The position numbers and the translations under genes are program-made. From sequence record PP355768.1: 64,000 bases of DNA; one strand, given 5' to 3'. How positions within the stretch are numbered: the first letter of the stretch is position 1; the number at the start of each line of letters is the position of its first letter. The notes beneath the pieces were generated by a model. The model had not been told where the DNA came from, made no database searches, and worked only from the letters and a program-made list of their open reading frames with translations. Shown in pieces: positions 33,432-43,532 of this stretch.

Positions 33432-33461
33432 ATAGTATCATGGCCTTTGAAGAAAGTAAAC
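33432..33461 (-). promoter_or_regulatory. Early promoter with -10 inside an inverted repeat
   Basis: Minus strand GTTTAC-18 nt-TACTAT; AAGGCCA/TGGCCTT arms. Confidence 0.75.
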
Positions 33462-33694
33462 TACCTTTTGAACAATTTTTTCAACAAAACGTCAGAGGTC
33501 AGATTCTTAGTAGGTAGATATGTTGCCGAGTTAACCCAGATGCCATCGCTGTTATACACCTTGACCTCTCCATAGTCGCATACAGATAGGTCTGCTTTAT
33601 TATATGCCTCAATGCCTCGATGAATGGTATCTGTGGCTGTTACAACAAAAGAGTGACCTGACTGGTCACGGACCGCGCTAAACACAAAAATCAT
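33461..33694 (-). CDS. Hypothetical protein (77 aa)
   Basis: Follows gene 41. Confidence 0.65.
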   Translation of the reverse strand: MIFVFSAVRDQSGHSFVVTATDTIHRGIEAYNKADLSVCDYGEVKVYNSDGIWVNSATYLPTKNLTSDVLLKKLFKR

Positions 33695-33703
33695 AAAATT
33701 TAC

Positions 33704-34972
33704 CTAGAATTTTAACTCTTCTGCCAGAGCATCAAGCTTAGAACGTGATACTCGTTCCTGACGATTAGATTCGGCTACACGGTTCTGTGCACCGGCACCT
33801 TCTCGGACGGTATTGCTTGGATTAGGCTTAGTTGGGTCGTTTTGCTGCTCAATTTCTACCCAGCGTTGATTAGCCTTATGCACACCCATAAAGAACTTAT
33901 TGTTGATGTTCTTATCGCCATAACGTGATTTAATCTGCTTAATTAACTGTTGCTTCATCTGAGCAAGTTCAGGAGTTTCAATCACAGCCAGCATAAAGTC
34001 TGCCGTAGCAGGTAGACCCGCAGATTCTGCAATATCACTCATGTCCATATCAGAAGCATCCCACGCTGAACGACCTACCTGAGCTGCGGTCCAAAGAACA
34101 GTTTCAGATTCTACAGCCAATGCACGAAGTTCTTCTGCAATAGCTTTAACTAACGTGTAACTGTTTTCAGTATATTGACGAATACGGCAAGAAGCACAAA
34201 TACCAAGATAGTCAATGATGATAACAGTCGGTTTAAAGTTCTTCTTGAGTTTCAACTCATTCAGAAGAGCTCGGAATGTATTAGCGTTAGCGCCACCAGT
34301 CGGATACTGTTTAATGATTAAACGACCAAGAGTACTAGAACTACGCCATTTTTCCATCTTGCCTTTATATTCAGCATATGATACACATCCATCATCGATA
34401 TCATCCAGTGATACATCAAGCAAGTTAGCATCAATACGTTTAGCACAAACTTCTTCGGCCATTTCCATGGAAATATAAAGGACGTTATGCCCCATCTGAA
34501 GATAGTCTGCAGCCAATGAACACAATCCTAACGATTTACCAACGTTGACGCCTGCCATCAATACGTTCAGTGTACCAGTCTCGGCACCACCTTTAGTAAT
34601 TTTGTTCAGAATGCTAAGTTTAAACGGAACTTTACGAGCTTTATTCTGGTATGATAACCAACGAGCTTCGTAATCTTCCATCCAATCATGACCAATATAG
34701 CTATCAAACGATACTGATAACGCTTCGCGCATGATATCAGGAATAGCTCCCATATCAGGAAGACGCTTATCTCGCTTATTTGGCTCAAGCTGGGCATTAG
34801 CCTGAATTTCAATAATTCGAGACGTTGCGTTATACATAGCCTTTTCTTGAACGTACTTCTCTGTTACCGTCTGAGCAGGTCCTTGCTCGAAGTACTCTTT
34901 GTCCATATATGGCCAAACCTTCGTAAAGAAAGCCTGGTTGTAAATCAGATTAGCTAAGATTGTTTCTACCAC
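33704..34972 (-). pseudogene. 41: Replicative helicase gp41 with in-frame deletion near 34868
   Basis: AGVNVGKSLGLC, IIDYLGICAS, AESAGLPATADF; 422 aa versus about 475 in T4. Confidence 0.92.
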
Positions 34973-34981
34973 TTTAACCTC

Positions 34982-35332
34982 TTAAAAGATTTTCCATAAT
35001 GATTTTTTCTTGGTCTTTAATGCACTCTGGATTTGCTGTTTAACACAAGCTTCCACATGAGGATAAAGTTCATCCTTATGAGCTTCAGATGGTGTACTAA
35101 ACTCAATAGTTACTTCCCCAGAAGGAGAAATATTTAATTTATGAACATAAACCAAGTGTGATTGACCATTTAATTTTATCACAATTTCTTGGATAACAGT
35201 CTTCATAGCTTCTTGGATTATTTCATGACTTTTCTTGAACACTCGTTCTTGACGCTCGAAGTCTCCCTCTTCCGAGGGAGATTCTTGTTCAAATTTCTCG
35301 AGTTCAGATTCTAAATCAAACTCAGTCTTCAT
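34982..35332 (-). CDS. 40: Head vertex assembly chaperone gp40
   Basis: IIQEAMKTVIQEIVIKL, LYPHVEACV; lies between uvsX and 41. Confidence 0.85.
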   Translation of the reverse strand: MKTEFDLESELEKFEQESPSEEGDFERQERVFKKSHEIIQEAMKTVIQEIVIKLNGQSHLVYVHKLNISPSGEVTIEFSTPSEAHKDELYPHVEACVKQQIQSALKTKKKSLWKIF

Positions 35333-36497
35333 TCATGAAGTTCTCTAATTCATCTTCAACTTCAGCAGCTGATACTGAACCACTCTCAGGAAGTTTAACA
35401 CCATCAACCTTAGTTGAAACTTTTGAGTTAATCATTTCTGCTACCGCTTCATCAACCGCAGCGTTTGAATCAATAGCACCCAACTGATAACGGGCTTTGA
35501 TAGCGTCACGGAATGGCTCATGCTTAAACAGAGGACCCCAAAATTCCGTACTGCTCGTATCTTTTGCCCGCCAGGATTTTTCTTCACGAATCATCTCACC
35601 GGTTTCAACATCCAGGAATTCTCGTGCATACCATCCGTTTTTCGGTTTAACCACAAATCCGATATCCAGAGCCATATCAAGCAGACCACTGTACGGATCG
35701 ATACCGCCATCGAATTTAACATCGATGAAGAACTTACTTTTCTCTTTGACAGTACGTGATTTCTCAGCGTTCAGGACAAACTGATATCCCTCAAGCTCAG
35801 TACCGTCTTTAATTTGGCGTTTACCGATGATGAACACAGTATCCGCAGAATACATAGGACCTGTACCACCAGTCATTACCGTCTTACTGAACATCTCGAT
35901 AGTCTCGATTGTGTGGTTAACCGCGACACAAGGAATGTTCTTAATAGAGAAGTAAGGAGTTACGATACGGAAGAGAGACTTCAGACTTTTCGCACGAGTC
36001 ATATCTGCGACAGATTTCTCGTTCAGAGCATCTTCGGTTTCCTTTTTAGACGCCATGTTACCAATAGAGTCGATAAACACGATGACTTTTTCACCACGCT
36101 CAATAGCTTCAAGCTGGTTAACCATATCGATTTTTAATTGTTCAACCGACTGAACCGGTGTATGAATTACACGGTCAGGGTCAACACCCATAGATTTCAG
36201 ATAAGCTGGAGTAATACCAAATTCTGAATCATAGAACAAGCAGACTGCATCAGGATACTTATTAAGATAAGCACTAACCATTGTCAGAGACATGTTAGAT
36301 TTGAAGTGTTTAGATGGACCTGCGAAGATAGTCAACCCGGACTGCATACCACCATCCAACGCTCCACTGATTGCGATATTAAGCATCGGAATTTTAGTTC
36401 TAACTACATCTTTCTCGTTAAAGAATTTTGATTTAGTCAGTTCTGCTGTCATTTTAGAAGTGGATGCTTTAATCAGGCGAGATTTTAAGTCAGACAT
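35322..36497 (-). CDS. uvsX: UvsX RecA-like recombinase
   Basis: AGPSKHFKS, VFIDSIGN, GGTGPMYSAD; intact. Confidence 0.97.
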   Translation of the reverse strand: MSDLKSRLIKASTSKMTAELTKSKFFNEKDVVRTKIPMLNIAISGALDGGMQSGLTIFAGPSKHFKSNMSLTMVSAYLNKYPDAVCLFYDSEFGITPAYLKSMGVDPDRVIHTPVQSVEQLKIDMVNQLEAIERGEKVIVFIDSIGNMASKKETEDALNEKSVADMTRAKSLKSLFRIVTPYFSIKNIPCVAVNHTIETIEMFSKTVMTGGTGPMYSADTVFIIGKRQIKDGTELEGYQFVLNAEKSRTVKEKSKFFIDVKFDGGIDPYSGLLDMALDIGFVVKPKNGWYAREFLDVETGEMIREEKSWRAKDTSSTEFWGPLFKHEPFRDAIKARYQLGAIDSNAAVDEAVAEMINSKVSTKVDGVKLPESGSVSAAEVEDELENFMNED

Positions 36498-36553
36498 TCA
36501 TTATATTCCATAAGTCTCCATTATATTTTTCTCACAGGTTAAAGGATAGAGTA

Positions 36554-36580
36554 ATTATATTACTTTGTTCTTGAAGCTAT
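36554..36580 (-). promoter_or_regulatory. Middle promoter upstream of uvsX
   Basis: ATAGCTTCA-12 nt-TATAAT. Confidence 0.65.
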
Positions 36581-36831
36581 TAACAGAAGTTCCATTTCTT
36601 CTTGGTGTTATAAACCACTGTTTCCATATCTATTTCATAGTGTATTTTACATCCAACACACATGCCATGCCACCAGCAATGCATTCCATCTGAGCCAGTA
36701 GTTCCTTCATGAACAAACTCATCAGATTTACATACGAAGCATCTGAATTCTTCAGCCTTGAATATGTTACCAGCTACATCAGATTTATCATAGATGTTCA
36801 TAAGAGGTCCTTGGAGGGCTTTCGCCCTCAC
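36580..36831 (-). CDS. Cys/His-rich hypothetical protein (83 aa)
   Basis: CFVC...HCWWHGMCVGC. Confidence 0.65.
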   Translation of the reverse strand: MRAKALQGPLMNIYDKSDVAGNIFKAEEFRCFVCKSDEFVHEGTTGSDGMHCWWHGMCVGCKIHYEIDMETVVYNTKKKWNFC

Positions 36832-37148
36832 AGATATGGTTCTACCTTACCAAACTCATGGAAGGCCTGAGATTTCACTCGAGTGTTAATACACATACGA
36901 ATTGATTTCAGAGGTTCGTTATCACCGAATAACCCACGTCTTTCACCGTCTTTAGATTTCCAACGGGCTTGATTTGGGAAAGCAGCATGTAGTTGTTCAA
37001 GGGCTCTATTCTGTCGAGCAGTATCACGCTGTGTAGAACAACCACCAGGAGACTGCACCTTACCAGATTTAACGAGGTACTTAAACAGAGCCAGATGAGG
37101 ATGACCCATGTTAATTAATTTTAGAAAAGCATAAGCATCTTCGTTAAG
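36828..37148 (-). pseudogene. beta-glucosyl-HMC-alpha-glucosyltransferase (T2/T6 type), C-terminal fragment
   Basis: EDAYAFLKLINMGHPHLALFKYLVKSGK.QSPGGCS; position upstream of uvsX. Confidence 0.7.
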
Positions 37149-37149
37149 G

Positions 37150-37503
37150 TCAATAATTCCGTAACTTAAAGAATCCTTTAATTTTCTGCCACAAACTTTT
37201 CTTTTCACGAATACCAATTTGACGAATAACAGGTTCACCCTGCATTTTCTCTAACCACTCCATTGAGTTAACAGCTTCCGCCATTGGAACAAATTTAGCA
37301 AGGGCCTTTTGGTAATTATCTACATCCATGATATGTTTACCATCTGCATTGTAGATAGCATAGCATTTTGCGAATTTCTTATCAATGTATCCGATAAAGT
37401 GCCCACGGAACCATACATCCCAACAATCAGTTGGGATATTAGCATTCAAGTTAACTTTTTCTACACAACGCTGAAGTTCATTCAATACTTTAAACTTGTT
37501 CAT
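37150..37503 (-). CDS. Hypothetical protein downstream of motA
   Basis: 117 aa ORF, stop-start coupled to motA. Confidence 0.65.
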   Translation of the reverse strand: MNKFKVLNELQRCVEKVNLNANIPTDCWDVWFRGHFIGYIDKKFAKCYAIYNADGKHIMDVDNYQKALAKFVPMAEAVNSMEWLEKMQGEPVIRQIGIREKKSLWQKIKGFFKLRNY

Positions 37504-38147
37504 TACAGTTCCTTAATAGAGCGGATGATGGTTTCAATGTTTTCGGCAGTACGGGCGATATCTAAGTAAGTATTGCCTGTTGCAGCTACACGGCAAGACA
37601 TTCCGAGGTCAGTGAAGTGTTTCTGATGCTCTTCAGAAATTTTGTAACCGAAGATACGGAAAGTGCCTTTGTTGTTAACTTCAAGACTACGAATACCAAA
37701 GGTACGTTTTTCCAGAACTGCGATATAGTTACTACGGTAAACTGTAAGCTCTTTCAGAGGCAAGATATCTTCCATCTCGCTAAGAATGCTCATCATCAAG
37801 TCTTTATGTTCATTCATGTCTTCAGTCAGAGGACGAGCTTTACGAGTATTGCGTTTCTTCAGAAGCTCGGGTTTATTTTCTTCTGCATAGATAACTGCTG
37901 CTTTAGAGATGATGTCCTGTGCTTCACCGGTGATGATTAAACCGTCACCAGATTTCTCGATGAGACCTTTCTTAATCAGAACACCGATGTTTGAGTTAAC
38001 AGAACCTGCGTTCATGGTTTCTTCAAGGATTTCACGCAGCTCAGCAGAAGTGATGAAATCTTTTTTAGCCACCTGAACCAGGATAGCAGCAGTTTTCTCG
38101 TTCAGAGCATCTTCGGAAGCTTTGATGATGTAAGTTACTTTAGACAT
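37503..38147 (-). CDS. motA: MotA middle transcription activator
   Basis: MSKVTYIIKAS, SNIGVLIKKGL, YRSNY, FRIFGYK; 214 aa. Confidence 0.97.
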   Translation of the reverse strand: MSKVTYIIKASEDALNEKTAAILVQVAKKDFITSAELREILEETMNAGSVNSNIGVLIKKGLIEKSGDGLIITGEAQDIISKAAVIYAEENKPELLKKRNTRKARPLTEDMNEHKDLMMSILSEMEDILPLKELTVYRSNYIAVLEKRTFGIRSLEVNNKGTFRIFGYKISEEHQKHFTDLGMSCRVAATGNTYLDIARTAENIETIIRSIKEL

Positions 38148-38205
38148 TGTGATTCTCCATGATGTTTTATTCAATTTGTTTGGTATGAGACTATAATATC
38201 ATCTG

Positions 38206-39524
38206 CTAAAGATACTCAGCCTCAGGCGTTGTCTTTTCCCAGTACTTAACCTCTTGTGCTAGGCGTTTTGCTTCCTGAGCAAGTTTCTTCGCTTCATCAT
38301 CAGTGATGTGATAGATGTTCATTGAAACAAGTTTTTCAGAATGGTCTTTGAATAGTTCATTCTGTTCAATTTCTTTAGTCAACTGCTTACGAGTTTTACC
38401 TTGGATAACGATGTTACCTGCGATAACCTCTTTGATAAATTGAGCTTTTGCCTGAGCAAGATTAAACGCCTGCTTAGTTTCAGCGATTTTGTGCTCAATT
38501 CGTTTGGCGGTGAATGTCTTACGGACTTCTACAAAATGACGAATAAGCTCACCTGAAGTTTTGAACTTATCGTTCAGTTTACCGTTCTCGTCGATGACTA
38601 CGATGTACTGGCTCATTTTCTCAATGAGTTTAAAATCCTTCATGATTTTAGCATGACGCTGCTCAGGGTCATCGCTCAAAGCATAGTCTTTACGGAATTT
38701 CACCTTAAAGCCAAACCCGGTCTTAGAACAGTCATCATCGTATGTGATGTATCCTGCATCTTCCAACGGGTCAAGTACTTTTTCAACGTAAGAAGCTCGT
38801 TCAAACTTGTACGGCAGCTCAACAGAACCGTCTTCAGTTTGAACGATTTTTCCGTTAAATTTAGGAAACTGTACTTCAGGTTCCATCATTTCGCCACGAA
38901 GTGCTGCTTTAGTACATTCCAAAACAGATTCAAAGCTGTGTGGAAGAATAGAAGTTGAATATCCTGTTGCAATACCACGAACGCCATTCAGAAGAACAGT
39001 CGGAATTACCGGCAGATAATATGCGGGAGGAACATGTTCTTTATCTTTATGTGCTGGAGCGATTTCTGTATCTTTGTAGATTTTACGGAAGTTGTCAGAA
39101 ATCCGACAGAAAATATAGCGACTTGCCGCAGCAGATTGAACCAAGCGAGAACCGAAGTTACCTTGTCCATCTAATAGAGGATAGTTGTTATTCCATGTGT
39201 TTGCCATCAATGCACCAGCATCTTGGGCAGACGTTTCACCATGATGATATCCTAAATCAGCTACACCACCGGCGACAGACGCAAGCTTATGGAATTTTTC
39301 TTTATTACCTCGAGCTAAATCAAGAGCGCGAGCAATAACAAACCGCTGTACAGGTTTAAACCCATCAATCAAGTTGGAATAGCACGGTTTTCTACAGTGT
39401 AAATCGCATACTCTTTTGCTTCATTATCAATGATAGATTTCAAATCGCGATGACGAAGATTTGACGCTTTAGCCAAATCATCGATAGAACCTGCTTGCTT
39501 TAATAGAGTGTCAAAAATATCCAT
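38206..39524 (-). pseudogene. 52: Topoisomerase II medium subunit gp52: -1 frameshift near 39373, deletion near 38815, last residues lost
   Basis: RDLKSIIDNEA...ENRAIP / IDGFKPVQR, YHHGE, AAASRY. Confidence 0.92.
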
Positions 39525-39529
39525 TGTAC

Positions 39530-39670
39530 CTACCAGATTAGTGAGCCGATTTGTACTATAACATCGGAAATGAAAAGCACAATATAAATCATTCCGTAGA
39601 TCATTCCATAGTACATAACTAATAGAAAGGCGGCAGCAATAGCTGCCACAATTAGGAGTTTCTTAATCAT
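39530..39670 (-). CDS. 46-aa membrane peptide (52.1/ac region)
   Basis: MIKKLLIVAAIAAAFLLVMYYG...; GGAG SD. Confidence 0.55.
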   Translation of the reverse strand: MIKKLLIVAAIAAAFLLVMYYGMIYGMIYIVLFISDVIVQIGSLIW

Positions 39671-39840
39671 TTGTAAACTCCTACAATTTTACAAATGCGC
39701 TCAAACATAATAAATGCTGCGGTGAACGCAATACTTCCGATTACTTTAGTGGTAGGCACAAGGCCATACCACATGAATGTTCCTGAGCAAATCATTAGGG
39801 CCATCAGAAACAAGTAACCCATCACAAAGAAGTTTCTCAT
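39667..39840 (-). CDS. 57-aa two-TM membrane protein (ac-like position)
   Basis: MRNFFVMGYLFLMALMICSG...; stop-start overlaps on both sides. Confidence 0.55.
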   Translation of the reverse strand: MRNFFVMGYLFLMALMICSGTFMWYGLVPTTKVIGSIAFTAAFIMFERICKIVGVYK

Positions 39841-40295
39841 TAGTATTTCTGCATAGAGAAAACAAAGTTATCATTCAGAATACGATTCAGCTCAGAGTAG
39901 GTCTGCGCGTCACTTGAATGCTGACGAGTAAACGCCAGTGCAAGTTGACCTTTGCCATAACCAGTGGTGAGTGGTTTCATTTTATTAGCAGGAATCCAGA
40001 ACACACCGTATGTTACACAGTTTGAACGAAGGGTACGACCCAACTGAGAACGTCCAGAACGGATATGAGAAAGAACACTTTCAAATCCTGCCTTTGAACG
40101 CTGTTTAGCTACAAAGAAACGAGCAGATGCACCAATATAACCTGCTTTGCCATCATTGAACATCAAAAAATAAAATCCTTCGCGCTCAGTAATTTCACGA
40201 GATGGAGCACCTGCTGCCCAATCACCGTTACGAATAGAACCGATCAGTTCTGCACCAGCGTTATCGAGATCAGCAAAAGTCATAATATTACGCAT
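39840..40295 (-). CDS. ndd: Nucleoid disruption protein Ndd
   Basis: SARFFV..QRSK, KMKPLTTGYGKGQLALAFTR. Confidence 0.95.
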   Translation of the reverse strand: MRNIMTFADLDNAGAELIGSIRNGDWAAGAPSREITEREGFYFLMFNDGKAGYIGASARFFVAKQRSKAGFESVLSHIRSGRSQLGRTLRSNCVTYGVFWIPANKMKPLTTGYGKGQLALAFTRQHSSDAQTYSELNRILNDNFVFSMQKY

Positions 40296-40333
40296 GTTAA
40301 TTTCCTCAGTTGATTAAAGTTTATTCTCCGATG

Positions 40334-40349
40334 AGGGGCCGAAGCCCCT
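40334..40349 (-). terminator. C(UUCG)G hairpin upstream of ndd
   Basis: AGGGGC-TTCG-GCCCCT on minus strand; weak U tract. Confidence 0.5.
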
Positions 40350-40431
40350 TCTACTACCAAAAATATACTACTGCCGTTACACCACCAACCCAAAACACAA
40401 GTGGTTCAAAAGATTCACAATTGAGGTAATT

Positions 40432-40623
40432 ATGGAAAGTATTCTTGATAGTACCAATTTAGATAATCCGTACAGCGATGTGCATGTAAAGGTTGTGAAT
40501 TCGTATTTCACTAAAAAGTTGAGTCGTATCGTGCTAAAACAAGGCAATGATATAATTCATCTTGATACTAAACAAATTGATTCATTAATTCAATTCTTGA
40601 TAGAGGCAAAAGATGGCGAGTAA
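40432..40623 (+). CDS. Hypothetical protein (63 aa)
   Basis: GAGG SD; operon. Confidence 0.65.
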   Translation: MESILDSTNLDNPYSDVHVKVVNSYFTKKLSRIVLKQGNDIIHLDTKQIDSLIQFLIEAKDGE

Positions 40624-40834
40624 ATTAGTATGGGACGGAAAATCCCGCAAAGGCGATGCAGTAATTGAGGACGAAAGTCCATACATTAATGATTTGCATC
40701 TTACCCCGGTAGAGCTATACGGTTCTACACTTATTGAAATTGAGCGCAACGGTACTATCTTGATGATTGATAAATCCGATGCAGAACAGCTTGTAAAATA
40801 TCTCGTAACCATGATTCCAACTATGAAGGACTGA
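40613..40834 (+). CDS. Hypothetical protein (73 aa); resembles the preceding ORF in its C-terminal half
   Basis: IEIERNGTILMIDKSDAEQLVKYL versus IVLKQGNDIIHLDTKQIDSLIQFL. Confidence 0.65.
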   Translation: MASKLVWDGKSRKGDAVIEDESPYINDLHLTPVELYGSTLIEIERNGTILMIDKSDAEQLVKYLVTMIPTMKD

Positions 40835-40836
40835 TA

Positions 40837-41328
40837 ATGAATATTAATAAAAATTCTTGGCATTTCAAAATGAACCTGTGGTTTAAATCTGACAACATGT
40901 GGAAAATGCCAAAAACACTGTGCGGATACTTTTGGACAACAGTTCTTCATGTTGTGTTTTCTTCGGCGATTATTACATTCATCGGTTCTGTTGCATGGAT
41001 GTTCGGTTGGCCGATTGTGGCAGAGACAGGAATTCTCACTTGGATGGGTATTAGTTTATCCGCATTTTGGTTAAACGTTGTAGCAGTACCAGTTGGCGCA
41101 GCGGTTATAGCAGCATTTGTGCTTTTGTTTGCAGCTATAGCTTTTGGATTTATTTTTGGTTTAGAAAAATTTAAACATTACCGTATCCAGAAAAAGTATA
41201 CCAAGAAACTCGCTCGGGTAAAAGCTGGTCTTCCTGCAGAAGCTGAACCGTCGGTATTCGTCCAGTATTTAAAAGCTCGTAAGCAGAAAGTCTGCCCAAT
41301 GATTGATTATGTAGAAGGTGATAAATGA
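40837..41328 (+). CDS. Multi-pass membrane protein (163 aa)
   Basis: NSWHFK...PKTLCGYFW; long hydrophobic core; KARKQKVCPMIDY. Confidence 0.75.
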   Translation: MNINKNSWHFKMNLWFKSDNMWKMPKTLCGYFWTTVLHVVFSSAIITFIGSVAWMFGWPIVAETGILTWMGISLSAFWLNVVAVPVGAAVIAAFVLLFAAIAFGFIFGLEKFKHYRIQKKYTKKLARVKAGLPAEAEPSVFVQYLKARKQKVCPMIDYVEGDK

Positions 41329-41906
41329 AACGTTTTATTCGCACGAAATTTGAAGAAAGCCTTATTGAAAAACCCTTAAAGGTTGGTGATAAAGTAGAAA
41401 TTGGCTTTGATAATCAAAGCAATCGCTTTGAGCTTGAAGTTGAATTTATTTCTACCTTCAAATGCAGCTCAGCGCATACGGTATCGATTTTCTTTAAAAG
41501 TAAAGACAACAAAATCGTAGTATATTACGACCATAGCAGCCGAGAAACAACTACTGTAGTATATCCAAAAGACGGCTACCGTGGAATGTATATCGATGAT
41601 TACCTAAATGAATCAGCAGACGATGGATTTTATATCTGTAAACTTTTACCCGGTGGTTCTAAGTCGGTAGTTAATCTTAGTAGCCTTAAATACACCGTTT
41701 ATGAGAAGTGTAAAGTTAATGTTCCTCTTGTAGTGGGCGATAAATTCTCTACAACTAATAACTGCTATGAAGTACTAGCAATTGCAGCAGATGGAAGCAT
41801 GTTTTGCCAGAACGATAAAGGAAAAGCTCACGTGTTTAGTACAAATGACATCTCGCTCGTTAAATCTATGCTTGATGTTACAGTAGGTGAACCCAGTGAA
41901 GAATGA
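41325..41906 (+). CDS. Hypothetical protein (193 aa)
   Basis: Operon. Confidence 0.7.
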   Translation: MKRFIRTKFEESLIEKPLKVGDKVEIGFDNQSNRFELEVEFISTFKCSSAHTVSIFFKSKDNKIVVYYDHSSRETTTVVYPKDGYRGMYIDDYLNESADDGFYICKLLPGGSKSVVNLSSLKYTVYEKCKVNVPLVVGDKFSTTNNCYEVLAIAADGSMFCQNDKGKAHVFSTNDISLVKSMLDVTVGEPSEE

Positions 41907-42117
41907 TCAAGTTTATATCGTGAACGGCCTTCGGGCCGTCTTTCGTGCTAAAACCGAACGTGGTATAATTTCTACATATCCTATTGCCGAATTTACTTTT
42001 GATGACGGCGAAAAGATTACTGTTAAATTTATTCCTTTGACTGGCAAGTACAGCGGCAAAGATAATATTGATTTAGACATATATTATGAAGGCGGGGTAT
42101 GGAAATTGAAATCGTAA
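41887..42117 (+). CDS. Hypothetical protein (76 aa)
   Basis: GTG start; operon. Confidence 0.55.
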   Translation: MNPVKNDQVYIVNGLRAVFRAKTERGIISTYPIAEFTFDDGEKITVKFIPLTGKYSGKDNIDLDIYYEGGVWKLKS

Positions 42118-42521
42118 CTACTAAGAAAAAACTTAGTATGAGTATTGTAAAACAGATGCCTCTGGCTTCAGCCGAAAACATTAAATTCGCAATGATGGAC
42201 CCGGAATCACGGGTCCTAGGATATATCAATGCATTTCGCTGGAACAGACTTGACATTCAGGTGGCAATCATTAGCACAGGAATTGATTGGGCATTAGTTC
42301 CTATGTATGAAACAACATTACGTGAAGAAACCTGTCGTGAACAGCATCCTGATGGACAAGAGTACCATACACATGAAGTAGTGTATTATTACACTAGTCA
42401 AAAAATTGGTAATGTTTACCGTACATCAAAAAGAACTACTGATAAAGCTCGAGCAGAAGAAGCCGTCAAGCGTTCTAATGCATTAGTTAAATTCGCTAAA
42501 GGGAATCATATCTACTTATGA
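42099..42521 (+). CDS. Hypothetical protein (140 aa)
   Basis: Operon. Confidence 0.7.
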   Translation: MEIEIVTTKKKLSMSIVKQMPLASAENIKFAMMDPESRVLGYINAFRWNRLDIQVAIISTGIDWALVPMYETTLREETCREQHPDGQEYHTHEVVYYYTSQKIGNVYRTSKRTTDKARAEEAVKRSNALVKFAKGNHIYL

Positions 42522-43528
42522 AAACAATCGTAAAATCTTATTTTGGTTCGCATCTGTATGGTACTTCAACTCCAGAATCGGATGTGGATTTTAAAGAAAT
42601 CTTTGTGCCTCATCCGCGTGATATTCTAATGTGTCAAGCGATGAATCATACTAACCGTAATACGAATAACAGTGCAACCAAAAATACTAAAGATGACATT
42701 GACCATGAGCTGTTCAGTTTGAAATACTTCTTCAAACTCGCTGCTGATGGTGAAACAGTTGCACTGGACATGCTTCATACTCCATCGGAATTGGTAGTTG
42801 CATCTGACCTTCCTGAAGTATGGAAATTCATTCAAGACAACCGAGCTCGTTTCTATACCACGGACATGAAGGCTTATCTTGGATATGTCCGTAAGCAAGC
42901 AGGTAAGTATGGCGTTAAGGGTTCTCGTTTAGCTGATTTGCATAAAGTCCTGGATGTTATCCGAGATATTCCTGAGTGGAAATATGACGATCGTCCCAAG
43001 CAGAAAGGCATTAACGAGCGTTGGAAAGTTAAGGACATCGCCGATCGTCTTCCGGTAGGTGAATTCCTTGAGTGGACCACCTTTACAGACCATAAATCAG
43101 GTCAGCAATATTTCTATAATGTGTTAGGTCGTAAATTCCAGACAACTATCACAGTTAAAGAAATGAAGTACTCCCTTGAGAAGCTTGATGCTGAATATGG
43201 TGAACGTGCTCGTAAGGCAGAAGCTAACGAAGGCGTAGATTGGAAAGCACTGAGTCATGCTCTTCGTGGTGGTCTTCAGCTGCAGGAGATTTATTCCTCC
43301 GGTGACCTTAAGTATCCTCTAGCGCAGGCTACCCTGATTAAGAAAATCAAAGCGGGCGAGTTACCGTTCAAAGAAGTTCAGGATATTTTGGAAACGACCG
43401 TGGACGCAGTTGAACGCCTGGCTCATCAAGCCGAAAAGAATGGAATGCCTAAGAAAGTAGACATGAAGTTCTGGGACGATTTCGTCGAGAAGGTTTATCT
43501 TGAAAACCACAATTCTTACTACAAATGA
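42518..43528 (+). CDS. nrdC.11: NrdC.11 nucleotidyltransferase (pol beta superfamily)
   Basis: FGSHLYGTSTPESDVDFK (GS-x10-DxD); 336 aa. Confidence 0.92.
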   Translation: MKTIVKSYFGSHLYGTSTPESDVDFKEIFVPHPRDILMCQAMNHTNRNTNNSATKNTKDDIDHELFSLKYFFKLAADGETVALDMLHTPSELVVASDLPEVWKFIQDNRARFYTTDMKAYLGYVRKQAGKYGVKGSRLADLHKVLDVIRDIPEWKYDDRPKQKGINERWKVKDIADRLPVGEFLEWTTFTDHKSGQQYFYNVLGRKFQTTITVKEMKYSLEKLDAEYGERARKAEANEGVDWKALSHALRGGLQLQEIYSSGDLKYPLAQATLIKKIKAGELPFKEVQDILETTVDAVERLAHQAEKNGMPKKVDMKFWDDFVEKVYLENHNSYYK

Positions 43529-43532
43529 TACA

